A DNA stretch of 64,000 nt from Rebecca billardiae RCC1528 (Eukaryota > Protista > Haptophyta), in NCBI GenBank assembly GCA_965240325.2, contig OZ251254.1, positions 372,001-436,000 on the forward strand, in the 5' to 3' direction. Position numbers and translations under genes: made by a program. Below, one piece after another: positions 10,113 through 22,266 of this stretch (positions within the stretch are counted from its first letter, which is position 1; each line of letters opens with the position of its first letter). Under the pieces are notes generated by a model that saw only the letters and a program-made list of their open reading frames with translations, ran no database searches and had not been told where the DNA came from.

Positions 10113-11854
10113 TCACGCGCCGACGGCGGAGAACGTCCGGCGGCCCGCGCTCGCCAAGCGGCGCGCCTTAGTCCTGCCATCGGCGGCCTTATTGTGCCCA
10201 CCGCCTGTGAGCGGGCGCTTACGAGCCCCCTGCCGCGTGGCCTTGGCGTCACGCCCGGCAGCCATCACGGCGGGCCTTTGCGCTCCGTCGGCGCACGGCG
10301 TTGCGGGCGCGCCCGGCGCGACGACCTGCGCCCAGGCCGACAGCGCGTACGCGCGCTTCTCGAGGTGGGCCAGCCTCGGCAGCGTCCGCTTGCGCAGCAC
10401 GTGCAGCAGGCCCTGGCGCGCGCGCGAGTTGCGCTGCACCTCGCGCTCGGACGGGCGCACGACCTCATCATACTGCAGGGAAGGGCCGGCGGGCAGCGCC
10501 GGCGCGCCGGGCTGCAGCCGGTACCACTCCAGCAGCGGCTCGACGGGGCGCACCGCCTCGAGCGCGTTCACCACCGAGTCGAGGATCTTGCGCTCGGAGA
10601 ATTTCCACGTGATCACGCCGATTCTGCCGCCGTCGGACGAGATCATTTTGAACGCCGCGCGCATGCCGCGCGCCATCTCGCCAAACTCGTCGTTCAGGTG
10701 AACGCGCAGCGCTTGGAAGGTCATCTTGGCCGGGTGCATCTGCTGCCCCGAGCTCTCCCGCCCGCGCACCTGCGCCACCAGCTTGGCGAACGCCTTGGTC
10801 GTCCGCGGCAGCTCCCCCCGAGCGCGCGCGAGGCAAATGGCGTCTGCGATGCGGCGCGGCGCCGCGCCGCCAAAGCCTCCCGTCTCCTCGCCGAACTGGT
10901 CGATGATGCGCACGAGCTCGTCGCGGGGCACGCCGAGGAGGAACTCGTGGCACGGCACGCCCTTCGACGTGTCGAAGCGCAGGTCCAGGGGCCCGTCGGC
11001 CTCAGGTCGGAACCCTGCGCCACGCGAGTCGCGCGCAGACAGGCGGCCGCGGCGGCGAGTGTGAGAGAAAGAATGAACAACAAAACAAGGATGAGTGTGA
11101 TGGGCTGGGGCGCACTGAGTGCGCGCGCGCGCGCTCGCAGCGCGGCACGCTCGCTCCGGTGCGCAGGCAGGCGCGGCTCGGCACCTCTGCTCGTGTCGTT
11201 GAACTGGGGCGAGGAGATGCCGACGTCGAGCAGCACGCCCGCCACCGAGCCCGGCCGAACGCCCGCGCCCGCCAGCACCGAGCGCATGTCACTGAAGCGT
11301 GCGTGGTGCATCGTGAAGCGCGCGTCCTCGGCCGCGAGGTCGCGGCCCACCTTGACCGCCTCGGGGTCCATGTCGAAGGCGTGCAGCCGCCCCTCCGACC
11401 CCATGGCCGCGAGCATGGCCCGCGAGTGCCCGCCGCGCCCGAAGGTGCCGTCCACAAACGTCCCGGACGGGTCGGGCGCTACCAGCTTGGCCACCGTCTC
11501 CTCGCAGAGCGCGGGCAGGTGGAGGCCTGCGAAGCTCTCGCGGGGGGGCTGGCCGGCGTCCTCGGCGCTGTTGTTCGCGGCGTGCACGTAGATCATCCGC
11601 GGGCCGTAGTAGCTCCCGCTCCACGTGGTAGCCCGTTGCACCGCCGCCACGCTCTCAAACGTGATCCAAGCAAACCCCCGGCTCAGGTTGAGCCGTGGCG
11701 GTCGGATGATCTTGCCCGCCTTCTTGAAGAAGGCCGCGAGCTCGCCCGCCTTGGTGTCCTCGGGCAGGTTGCGGATGAAGATGTCGAAGCCCTTGTGCTC
11801 GGCCGCCACCCCTGACCCTTGGACTTGAGCCGCACCGCCTCGCTCCGCGGCCAT
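10113..11854 (-). CDS. rsmH: RRM domain fused to an RsmH/MraW (METTL15-like) cytosine-N4 methyltransferase; exons 11854-11185 and 11014-10113
   Basis: RRM (IFIRNLP...RGFAWITF), then HLPALCEE, FVDGTFGRGGHS, LLDVGISSPQ; the GT-AG intron joins RG|FRPEADGPLDLRFD; HPAKMTFQALRVHLNDE; EVQRNSRAR. Confidence 0.9.
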
Positions 11855-12561
11855 GATGGATCCCGAGCTGATGCGCGTCGACTGCGCTGTCTACCCGGAC
11901 TGCCTCTTGTCAGGCCGGGGCGACGATGCGAGGACGAGTTGATGTTTTTTTAATCAAAACTGTTCACCGAGGACCACAGCAACTTCAAGCAAAGCGTCGC
12001 GGTCACCAGCAAGTGACCGACATTGACAAGTCATCGCAGTGACCAGTGTTCATCATCGTCAATCACGATCGGTCGTCGTCGTGCTGCTGCTGGGATCAGT
12101 GGCGCAGTGTCGGACACGCCGGAGTTTGGTCGCCGGTGGTGTGTTGTCTGGCGTGCGCCGTCAGCGGCGGTGGATAGATACAAAAAAAGATCGAGCAGGA
12201 GTATAGCGCCGTCAGCGGCGGCGTGCAGCGTCGCAGCACACGGCCGCAAAACACTCGCGCCGGCCGGCGGCGGCATGGCGCCGCCCACAGCTCGAGGCCG
12301 CCGCGGCGCGGCGCGCGAGTGTACGTCGCGCGAGATGTATGCGCGCGTGCCACCTCCGCGCCGGCGCACGCCGCGCCGGCTGCCTTGGCGGCGGCCGAGC
12401 CGCGAGGCGCGCATGCCACTGCGCCGCGGCTGGGCTCGGCGGCGGCTGCGGCGGCGCGCAAGCGGCCGCGGCCGCGCGGCGGCGCTGCCGGCGGGTGCGC
12501 AGACGAAGGGCGGGGGCGGAGGCGGCGGCTGAGGCTGAGGCGAGGGGTCGGGGGGTCGAGC

Positions 12562-15500
12562 CTACCCCTCCTCCTCCTCCTCCTCCTCCTCCTCCTCCTC
12601 CGCCTCGAGCTCCATGAAGAACTGGTTCAGCTTCATCAGCGCCTTGCCCTTGTCCGCCACAGCGTCGGCGTCGTCCTCGCGCCACGCGGTCAGCCCCTCC
12701 TCCGACACAACCTGCGCGGAAAGTCCGGTGGGAGCAGTCCGGTGGGAGCAGTCCGGTGGGAGCAGTCCGGTGGGAGCAGCCACGCGCGCGAGCACGCGGC
12801 ACGCGTGGACGCGGCACGCGTGGGTGTGAGTGTGTGCGGGCGTGGCCGCGGTGGTGTGCGCGTGCGCGTGCCACACCGCGCGCGGGGCGGTGCAGGGCGG
12901 CGGCGGCCCCGCGCGGCGCCGCCCGCCCCGCGGTCGCGCGCCCCCGCGCCCGCCGCGCGTCGGCGCGTCGGCGCGCGCGCCGCGCACATCTGAGTTGTAG
13001 AGTGCGATGAAGAGCGTCTTGATCAGGTCGTGCGGGAAGGCGTGGCGCAGTGCGAACGCGTGCACCGCGCGCAGCGCGCCGAGCTGCGTCTTAATCTGCG
13101 CGGCACGGGGCGGCCATGGCTTGTGAGCGCAGGCGCGCGGCGGCGGCGGTGGTGCCGCAGTGGGCGCGCCGCAGTGCCGCAGTGGGCGCGCGGCCGCGCG
13201 CGCGCGCGCGCACAAGGGAGTCCGTCTGCGGCTCCTTGTCGCCCCCGGTGAGCGCCTTGAGCAGGCCGAAGCGCGTGACGAGCTTCTTGCCGTGCGACTT
13301 GACCGCCGCCTCGGCCACAATCGCCGCCTCGCCCACCTCCGACTGCCAGTACTCAAGGACACACCGCCTGCGGTGCCGCGGTGGGCGCGCGGCGGCGCGG
13401 CGGCCGCGGTGGGCGCGCGGCGCGGGTGGCGGCGGCGACTGAGGCGCCGAGCGCGCGCGGAGAGGCGAGGCGGTGGGGTGCGCGGGCGGCGGGGGCGAGC
13501 GCGCGACGGCCCTCGCGCCAGCCCGGGCCCACTGCGGCGCGACGCCCTCCGCCGCCGCCAGCCGGGGTGCGGGCGCCGCGGTGGGCGCGGCGCGCGCGCG
13601 CGCGGGTGCCGCAGTGGGCGCGCGCGCGGGTGCCGCAGTGGGCGCGCGCCCGGTGCCGCAGTGGGCGCGCGCGCACATGGTGACAGTGCCCAGCTCGAGC
13701 GGCTCGAGACCGTCGGCCTCGCGGAAGGGGGCGAGCGCGGTGAGCAGCGTGGCGTCGTCCGCGCCGCTCGACAGCCCCGAGCGCAGTGCCGCCTCGCAGC
13801 CCTGCGCCGCCACAGCGTGGCACGGCGAGCGCGCGCGCGCGGCGCGGTGAGCGACGCCGGTGGGGCACAGGCGTGCGCGCGTGCGCACGCGCGCTCGCGC
13901 GCCGGGCGTGAGCGCAGTGGGCGCGCCGCCGCGCACGCACCGCAGCCGGATCAAGCCAGACGAGCCCCGCCTGCACGAGGAGCGCGCTGCTCGACTTCTC
14001 GCGGTCGGCGGGCGGCGCGAGCGGCGCGAGCTCCACGGCGGCCTCCGCCCACATCTTACGGACGGTACCCACATCTGTAACGGCCGGCGTAACGGCGAAA
14101 CGGTCGGGCGGCGGCACGGCGGCCGCGCGCCGGGCCGGCGGGGGCGACAGCGGGGCGCGGGGCGCGGGGGGCGAGTGTGAGGCGGGGCGGCGGCGCGGCA
14201 CACGCGCGCCGGGCGGGCGGCGGGGCGCGCGCACGCACGCCGCCGCGGCCGCGCCACCGCCGCGCGCGCACCGCCGCTGTCGCGCATCGCGCCCAAGCAC
14301 GCCCGCAGCAGCGCCAGTGCCTGCACTGAGCCCGTGGCTGCGTCTGGCAGCCCGGCGGCCGCCATCTTGGCGCAGAGGGTGGGCAGGGTGACGACCTTGG
14401 CCTGCGCGCGCGCGGCAGGGGGGAGGGCGGGGCGCGGGGCGGGGGGGGAGGCGTCATCGGCCTCGTGCGCGCACGCGGCTGCGCCATCCGCTGCGCCGTC
14501 CGCTGCGCCGTCCGCTGCGCCGACCGCTGCGCCGACCGCACTGACTGAACCCCGCGCGCGCAGCCGACCGCGCGCGCGCAGCCCGCCGACTCTGTCTGGC
14601 ACGCTCGCGCGGCGGCGGCGGCGGCGCGCGGCGCGCGGCGGTGACGGAGGCCGGCGCGCGCGCGGCGCTCACCAGCAGGGGCTTCGCGAGCAGCGCGGCG
14701 AGGTTCGCCCCGACGGCGGGCACGTCGATGGCGATATCCTCGAGCGCCTCAAGCTGCTCGGCCAAACCCGCCTCAAGCTCCGCGCCCCCCACGTGCCCGG
14801 CGTCGCAGAGCGCGGCGAGGGCCTCGCAGGTGCGCTGTCGCTCGGTCGGCGAGGCGTCTAGGCCCTTCTCCATGCTGCGGGCGCAGCAGAAAGCACACGC
14901 AAAAGGAATGAACACAAAAAACAGGAGAGCAAAACACAAAGCAGAATATGGAGAATGGAGCGAGCGGCAGGCGAGGGCGCGGCGGGGCGCGCACGGGGCG
15001 GGGCGCGGCCGGGGGGGGGCGGCCGAAGCGCGCAGCAGCAGCCGTCAGCAGCGCACACAGCACACCGCGCGCGCCGGCACCGCGCCGCCGCGGCCGCGCG
15101 CCGCGCGCCGCGCGCCGCCACCGCGCCCCCGCCGCCCCCGCGGCGTACGCACCAGAGCTGAACAAGGGCTGACGCGAGCGCGGCCCTGCTCTGCGCCTTG
15201 GGCGCATCCTCAGAGACGCACGCGCGCAGCTCGGCGAGGTCGGCGGTCGAGATGTACTCCTGCAAGGCGCCGTTCAACCGCCGCTCGAGCTGGGACGGCG
15301 CGGCGGCGGCGGCGGGCAGGCGGCATCGGCGAGGCGGGCGGCGGCGCGGGCGGCGGCAGCGGCGGGGCAGGGGCGGGGCGCGCGCGGGGGCGGCGGCGCG
15401 GCGGTGAGCGCGCGCACGACGCGCGCAGAGTGCTTTCGCGCGCGCCACCCGCAAGCCGGCTCGGCGCGTGCGGCCGCGCGCGCGCGCGCGCGCACACACA

Positions 15501-18500
15501 CACCTGCTCGGCTGTGAGCTTGGGAGCGGCCGCGGGCGCGGCCGGCGCGCCGCCGTCCGCGCCGCCGCCGCCGCCGCCGCCGCGCCCGCCAGCGCCGCCG
15601 GCGGCGGGTCCGCCGCGCCCGCCGCCGCCACCCTTGGCGCCCGACCAGCCGCCGCCCGGCCCGAGCTTGACCTGCGGCCCAAGCCGCACGTCCTCGCCGC
15701 CGCCGCCGCCGCTAGCCGTGCGCGGGTCGCGCGTCATCCCGCGCCCGCCGCCGCCCGGTCTGTTCCAGTCGCCGTCGGCGCCGCCCGGCGGCGCGCGCGC
15801 GCCCGCGCCCGCCACGGCCTGGCGGCCCGTCTGCGGCAGGTGGGAGCGGACGTCGCCCGAGCCGCCGCGCAGCATCTGCCGGTCTTCGTGGTCGCCGCCG
15901 CCGCCGCGCGTCGGCCCCGGCGGCGGCCCCGGCCCGCCGCGCCGGCCGCCGCCGCGCGACATCGCCTGCTGCGCCGAGATCTCCGCTTGTCGCTCCTCCT
16001 CCGCCGCCTCCCTGTGGACCTCTGCAAGCGTCTTTGCCTGCTGCGTCGTCGCGGCGAGCGCGCCCTTCACCTGCGAGCGGCGCGACGCGCGGCGAGGCGG
16101 CGGCGGGGGCGCGTGTGAGCGAGCGCTGTGCGCACGCGCGCGGCCGCGGAGCACGCGCGCCGGCCCCCGCGGCGCGTCGGCGGCGCCCGTCTCGGCGGCG
16201 CCGCGTGTCCGCGCGACCGACCGCGCGCGTGGGTTGCAAACCCTAACCCTAACCCTAACCCTAACCCTAACCCTAACCCTAACCCAAGCCCTCGCCCTCG
16301 CTCGGCGGCGGCGGCGGCGCGTGCCCGCGCACGCGCGGGCGGCGCGCGCGCAACCGCCAGCGCGCCAGACAAGCCACCACAGCCCGACCCACCCTAACCC
16401 TAACCCTAACCACACACACAACACACATGCGCATGTGCGAGTGCATGCCCACACGCGAACGAGGCGTCGAATGGCAGGCGGCGCGCGCACCTGCCACTTG
16501 GCCTTGCGCAGCTCGATCACGTCGAGCAGCATGAAGCGCAGCCGCGACGGCAGGCCCTTGGGCGGCGAGGCCAGCTCGGCCATGCGCACGAAATACTCGT
16601 TGACGTGTGCGCGCGCGCGGTCGTTGTCGATGTGCTTGCCGATGGTCATGAGCAGCCGGCAGAGGCACTCCACCTGCGGCGTGTGCGCGCGCGCGTGCGT
16701 GTGCGTGCGTGTGCCGGCAGAGGCGTGTGGCGCGTGCGGGGAGCCGCTGTGAGCGCGCAGGGTGGCACGCGGCTGCGGTGGTGTGCTGCCGACCGCATGG
16801 ACCCGCCCCTAACCCTAACCCTACCCTAACCCTAACCCTACCACCCTACCACCCTAAAACCCTCCCCGCCCCTCCCCTCCCACCGAGCACCCCGCGCGCG
16901 CCCACCGCCCACCCTGTCCGCCCGCGCGCGCAACCCCCGCCTAGCCCTCGCCCTAGCCCAGCCCTAGCCCTAGGGGTAGGGGTAGGGGTAGGGGTAGGGG
17001 TAGGGGTAGGGGCAGTAAGTAGCGCACCTCCTCCTCGTTGGGCGCGTCCGCGTCGCCCAGCAGCTTGATCAGACACTCGTGCATGATCTTCTCCGTGAGC
17101 ATCTTCTTCTTGTACAGCTCGCCTGCACGGCGGCACGCGCGCGGCGCGGGCGCACGCTCAGCGGGCTGCGTGGGTGGGCAAGCAGGATGCGGGCGCGGCG
17201 CGCCGCGCCGCTGCGCCGGCGCTTGGAGGGGGCGCGCGCAGGCGGCGCGCCGCGCCGCGCCGCACCGATGAAGCGGATGTTGCCGAGCGCGCGCTTCTTC
17301 GCGGCGGCGACGGCGGCGGTGGCCGCGCGGTCGTCCATCCCGCTCGTGTCGAGCATCTTCTCCGCCTCGAACTCCTCCTGGCACCGGTTGAGCAGCAGCC
17401 GCTTGAACGTAATCGGCTTGCCCTTCGGGTCGGCGGAATTCGGGAACTCGGGAAAGCGCTCGGCGCCCGAGACGCAGAGGTCGGCGTACACGGAGCCGAA
17501 GGCGGGCTCGGTGAGCGCCTTGTCGAAGATCAGCTTGATCACGAGCGCGAGGTCCGCCGCCGACTCCACCGCCATCGCGCAGAACTTGTCCCGGATCGCG
17601 TCGAATTTCTCCGGCGTGATCTTGTTCAGGAATCCGGCGGTCTCGCGCTGCAGCACCGACGCGACGACCTTCTCGCCCGGCTTCCAGCGGTTCTCGGAGA
17701 GCTTGAGCGGCTCGACGGGGCCGGTGATGAGCGGGCGCTGCCCGCCGCGCCCGCCGCGCCCGCCGCGCCGGTCGCCGCCGCGCCGGTCGCCGCCCCGCTC
17801 CGTGCCGCCGCGCGAAGGGTCGTAACCGCCCATGTAGCCGGAACGAACAGGGCCGTCCCCGTTGCCCGCGGGCCCGCCGCGGCCGCCGCCCGGCGGCGGG
17901 CGGCCGCCGCCGGCCCACTCGGCGCCGGCGGCGGCGCCGCCGCCGCCGCCGCGCGAGCGCCCGCCGTCGGCGCGCCCGCCCCCGCCGCGCTCGCCGCCGC
18001 GCCCCGCGCCGCCGCCCGCCGGCGCCGCCACCTCGACGATCGAGCCGAGCATCTCCGGCAGAGACGAGGGTCGGTCGGTGAACGCGGGCGCGAACGCCTG
18101 CAGGAAGGCGAGCGGGTAGCAGCGCTTGCCGCCAGCGCCGGCGTACGGCAGCGGCAGCGGCGCGGCCGCGCCGCCCGCCCCGCCGCCGCTCAGCCCGGGC
18201 GGCGGCGCCGCCGCCGCCGCGGCGAATGACGGCTTGGCTGAGGACGCCGCGGCCGCGGCGGCCGCGGCCGCGGCCGTATCGTCGGCGCGGTCGACGGCGG
18301 CCTCCCAGTCCTCCTCGTCGTCGTCGCCGCCGGTGCCGGCGGGCGCGGGCGTGGCGGACGCCGCGGTGGGCGCGCTCGCACCCGCCGCGGGCGCGGCGGG
18401 CGCGGCCGGCGCCGGCGTCGGCGTGGGCGCGGGCGCGGCGGGCGCCGGCGTCGGCGTCGGCGCGGCGGCGGCGCCCGCCGCGGGCGCGCTCGGCGGCGCG

Positions 18501-18787
18501 GCGCTCGGCGTGGGCGTCGGCGCGGCGGGCGCGGCGGGCGTCGGCGCGGTCGGCGCAGCCGGCGCGGCGGGCGTCGGCGCGGCCGGCGCGCTCGGCGCCG
18601 CCGCCACCGCCGGCTTCGGCGGCGGGACAGCCGCCGCAGCCGCCGAGGGCGGCGCGGTGCCGTCCCGTCTCACGCCGCCGGCCGCGCCGCCGGCCGCCGC
18701 CGCGGCGGGCTTCGGCGGGGCGGGCGCCTGCGCGGCGGCGGCGGCGGCGAAGCTCATCGGCGGCTTGCGCTCGCCCGCCGCGCCCGC

Positions 18788-18818
<31 letters not shown>

Positions 18819-19711
18819 TGCGTCGGCCGTGGCGCGGCGGGCTGCGCGCCTGGCGCAGTCGGCTGCGCGGCCGGCGGCTGCTGCGGCGGCTGCGCCGTCG
18901 CAGGCTTGCCCTGCTGCGCAGCAGCGGCCTGCTGCGCCTGCGCGGCGGCGGCGGCGGCGGCGGAGGGCGTGCCGCCGCGCCGCACCATGAACATCCCACC
19001 GCCGTCACCGCCGCCGCCCGCCACCGCCGCCGCGGCGGTCGGCGGCATCGGCAGCGCCTGCGTGGCTCCAGGCACGGGCAACCCGCCGCCCGCGCCGCCC
19101 GCGCCGCCGCCAGACACCTTCGGCACGCCGAACATGCCGCCGCCCGCGGGCATCGGGCGCGCGGCGGGCGGCGCGCTCGGCGGCGCGCCCGGCTTGGGCG
19201 CTCCCGCCGCCACCACCGCCGCCGCGCTGCTCGCCGGCGGCGGCGCCGCGCCCGCCGCGCCCGCCACGGCCGCGCCGCCCGCCGCCGGCCCGCCGCCGGG
19301 CGCCGGCGGCGCGCCCGAGGCGGCGGCGGCGGCGGCGGCGGCGGCGGCAGCCGCCGCCGCGCCGCCCGCGCCCGGCACGTACGGCGGCGCCGCCGCCGCG
19401 CCGCCCGGCGCGCCGCCGCCAGCCCTCGCCGCGCCCGCCGGCAGCGCGCCCGCGGGCGGCGCCGCGCCGCCCGGAGTCGCCAGCGTCGGCGGCGTGCCCT
19501 GGCCAAGCCGCGCCGCCTCTTCGCGCGCCTTGGCGGCGGCGTGCTCCTTCTGCTTCGCCGCCTGCACCGCCGCCACCGCCTTGTCCTCTTCGCGCACCTT
19601 CACCTCCTCGTTCGAGTTCGGGTCGATGATCTTAATCGCCGAGCTCTTTGGCCGCTCGACGCCGGCAGGCAGCGGCCGCGCCGGCGTGCCCGCCGCCGAG
19701 CCGGCGCCACT

Positions 19712-19751
<40 letters not shown>

Positions 19752-21056
19752 CCGCCGTCCATCCCGGCGCCGCCGGCGCCGCCGGGGCCGCCGCCCGCGC
19801 CGGAGGTGGGCGGCGCGCCCGGCCCGCCGCCGCTCAGCGGCGGCCCGCCGCCACCGCCGTACGGCGGCGGCGCCGAGCCGAGGCCGTACCCGCCCATCCC
19901 AGGCTGTGCCGGCCGCGCGCCGGCGCCAAACGGCATGCCTCCCATTGTCATCGCGCCCGGGGCGAGCGGCGCGCCGGCGGCGCCGGGCGGGCCCATGCCG
20001 CCCGGCCCGCCCATGCCGTGGTAGCTGCGCATCTGCTGCTGCAGCAGCGCCGCCTGGTACTGCTGCAGCTGCGCGGGCGTCAGCTGGGGCCCGGTGGCAA
20101 AGCCCCGACCTGGGAAGCCTGCGCCCATAGGCGGGTACATTCCGGGTACGGCGCCGGGCATCGTGGGCACCGCGCCGCCCGGCCCGCCCGGGCTCTGCGC
20201 GCCGGGCTTGCCGCCCGCCGACGGCGCGGCGGGGTGCCCGCCCGCGCCCGCCGCGGCCGCGCCACCGCCAGGTCTGCCGCCGCCGCCGCCGCCGCCGCCG
20301 CCACCTGCGCGACGGCGCGAGCGGCGGGCGCGGGCGCGCGCGCGGAGAGACAGCGGGCGCGAGGGCGGGCGAGCGCGCAGGCCGCGTGAGCACGCGGACG
20401 CGCCACGGGGGCATGCGGACCGCGGCGGGCAGGCGCGGGCTGCAGCACAGCACCGCGCCGCCGCCGCAAGCGCGCAGGGCGGCGCGCGGGCAGGCGGCCG
20501 CGTGCGGCGGCGAATCGTTGCGCACCGCGCCGCATCCGCACGCCCGGCCCGCGCCCACCCGCCCAGCTGAACGCCCGCAGCTGAACGCCCGCGCACGCGC
20601 TCGCATAGCACCGCCGCATCGCCGCGCGGCGCGGCACGGCGCGACACGGCGCGGCGCGCACCCGCGGCGCCGCTAGACTTGGGGCCACCGTCGGCGGCCG
20701 CGCCGCCGCCGCCGCCACCGCTACGCCGCGCGCCGCCCCTGCGCACGCGGCACGCACGCACGCGCACGCACGCACGCGCACGCACGCACGCCCAGCGTGC
20801 CCCGGCGCAGGCCCGCCAGAGCGCGCCGCACGCGCCACCCGACAAGAGGCGCGTCAGTACAGGCGGGGATCCCACGCCCGCCCGCGCGTGCGCGCGCGCG
20901 CGCGCGGCGGGCGCTGCGAGGCGGCCCGGCGCGGCGCGCGCACACGGCCGGGTGGCCGTGTGGTGCGGGCGCGTGGCCCGTCGAGCGCGCGGCGCAGGCG
21001 CGAGCGCGCACGATCGGCCACGCTGTGCTCCACTCCCATCAGGCACTGGCTGGCGC

Positions 21057-21088
<32 letters not shown>

Positions 21089-21223
21089 GCGCCCCTTGGC
21101 GCCCTGCTGCGCAGGCGGCAGGGGCGGCTGCTGCGGCGCACCCGCTGCGCCCTGCGCCGCGGGCTGGGCCGGCGGTGCGCCGCCCTCCGCCTTGGGTTGG
21201 TTGCTCGCGTTATTCGCACTCAT
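12562..21223 (-). CDS. eIF4G: Translation initiation factor eIF4G (MIF4G, MA3 and W2 domains). About 14 exons: 21223-21012, 20721-20662, 20304-17266, 17122-17028, 16673-16491, 16070-15504, 15289-15153, 14874-14673, 14401-14272, 14074-13941, 13801-13677, 13367-13214, 13095-12988, 12711-12562
   Basis: MIF4G LNKITPEKF...IFDKALTEP...FKRLLLNRCQEEF...[24 protein letters not shown]; MA3 ALQEYIST...LEDIAIDVP; W2 LYNSDVVSEE...KGKAL with acidic tail; splice phases joined by hand, first two exons less certain. Confidence 0.93.
12722..12780. repeat. Intronic 14-bp minisatellite (AGTCCGGTGGGAGC)x4
   Basis: Directly visible, next to the 3' splice site of the last eIF4G intron. Confidence 0.9.
16239..17012. 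repeat. Interstitial telomere-like tracts (CCCTAA)n and (GGGGTA)n in eIF4G introns 4-5
   Basis: Tracts at ~16239-16284, 16391-16410, 16807-16857, 16961-17012. Confidence 0.9.
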
Positions 21224-22266
21224 GCGCCGTGCCCGTCGCTGCTGCGTGCACACGGCTCGGTTCTGACCAAGTCGCCGCGTCCGCCAGAGAGCCACGCGCT
21301 TGCGTCCATCATTGGCCCCAGGCTGCAGTCCGGTGCTGCAGACCTGCGTCACTCCGGTGTCGCGGATACGGTTGGCGCGGGATTGCAGATTCTTCGGGCA
21401 GCCGGCGGCGCTCGCGTCCTTCGCCGCCGAACATGCCGTGTTGCTCCCGGATCGGGGCATCGAGAAAAGGAGGCCCTTCATTTCCGCGGGGTCAGGGGTT
21501 CGCGCCGGGCGGGCGTCACCGTCGACCCGGCGCTGCCGGTCACACGCCCACGCACGCGCAACGGGCGTGCGCGCTGCACGCGCTGGGGCCCATCGGGCGG
21601 AAGAGTACCGCGCGCTGTGTGCGCATCGCCGCCACCGCCCGGCGTGCTCTGCGCATGCTCTTTCGCTCCGGACAACGGATGGCCGCGGCGGCAGTGTGCT
21701 GCGATGACGAGTGCAACAACCGGCATGGCCGTGCGCGCCTCACACACGGACGCGGCGGGCTCGTGGCCGTGCAGGTACGCCGTGTCGGACCATGTATCTC
21801 GGTACCGCTCGGCGCAGCCCTCTTCCCATCGAGCCCCGCCTAGCGCTACCATCGGACAAAAGCGCGTCCGCGGGGCCGGCTACCCGGGTGGCAGTGGCTA
21901 CCGCCTTCCGGGGCGCTGGCCGTCCAAATGGCCAGGCCCCAGTGGCATGCGCGGCGTGGAGGCGTCAGCAGGCAGCAGGATCAGACGAGATAGCAGTAGC
22001 CAGTGCTGACGAATCGGCGAGGCCCCCGGAGCTGGCCTGCATCGGCAGCCAGGGCGCGGGGTGCGGAACGACCGCCATCGTAATGAGTCTGAGTAGTACA
22101 CGCCTTTAACCAAGTATGCACGTTAAATCATAGTAAACTGTAGTAGTAGGCAGTTTGGAGGATGCTCTTCCAGATGCCGCGCTGAGCCGCGTGAAAGGAA
22201 GAGCAGCGAAGGACTGGTGCCGCCTCGCGAGGTCGCGTCATCAACGAACGCGTCGGCCGCGGGAGC

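Noticed and set aside
16239-16284. Chromosome end or telomere fusion
   Set aside because: The tracts are short and lie inside introns of intact genes
14641-16752. Long antisense or alternative-frame Arg/Ala/Pro-rich ORFs here and throughout the window
   Set aside because: Expected from scarce stop codons at very high GC; they overlap better-supported genes and lack motifs
17069-21481. The 1470-aa ORF as the literal eIF4G N-terminus
   Set aside because: It reads through GC-rich introns with clear GT-AG boundaries; the ATG at 21223 is the more plausible start
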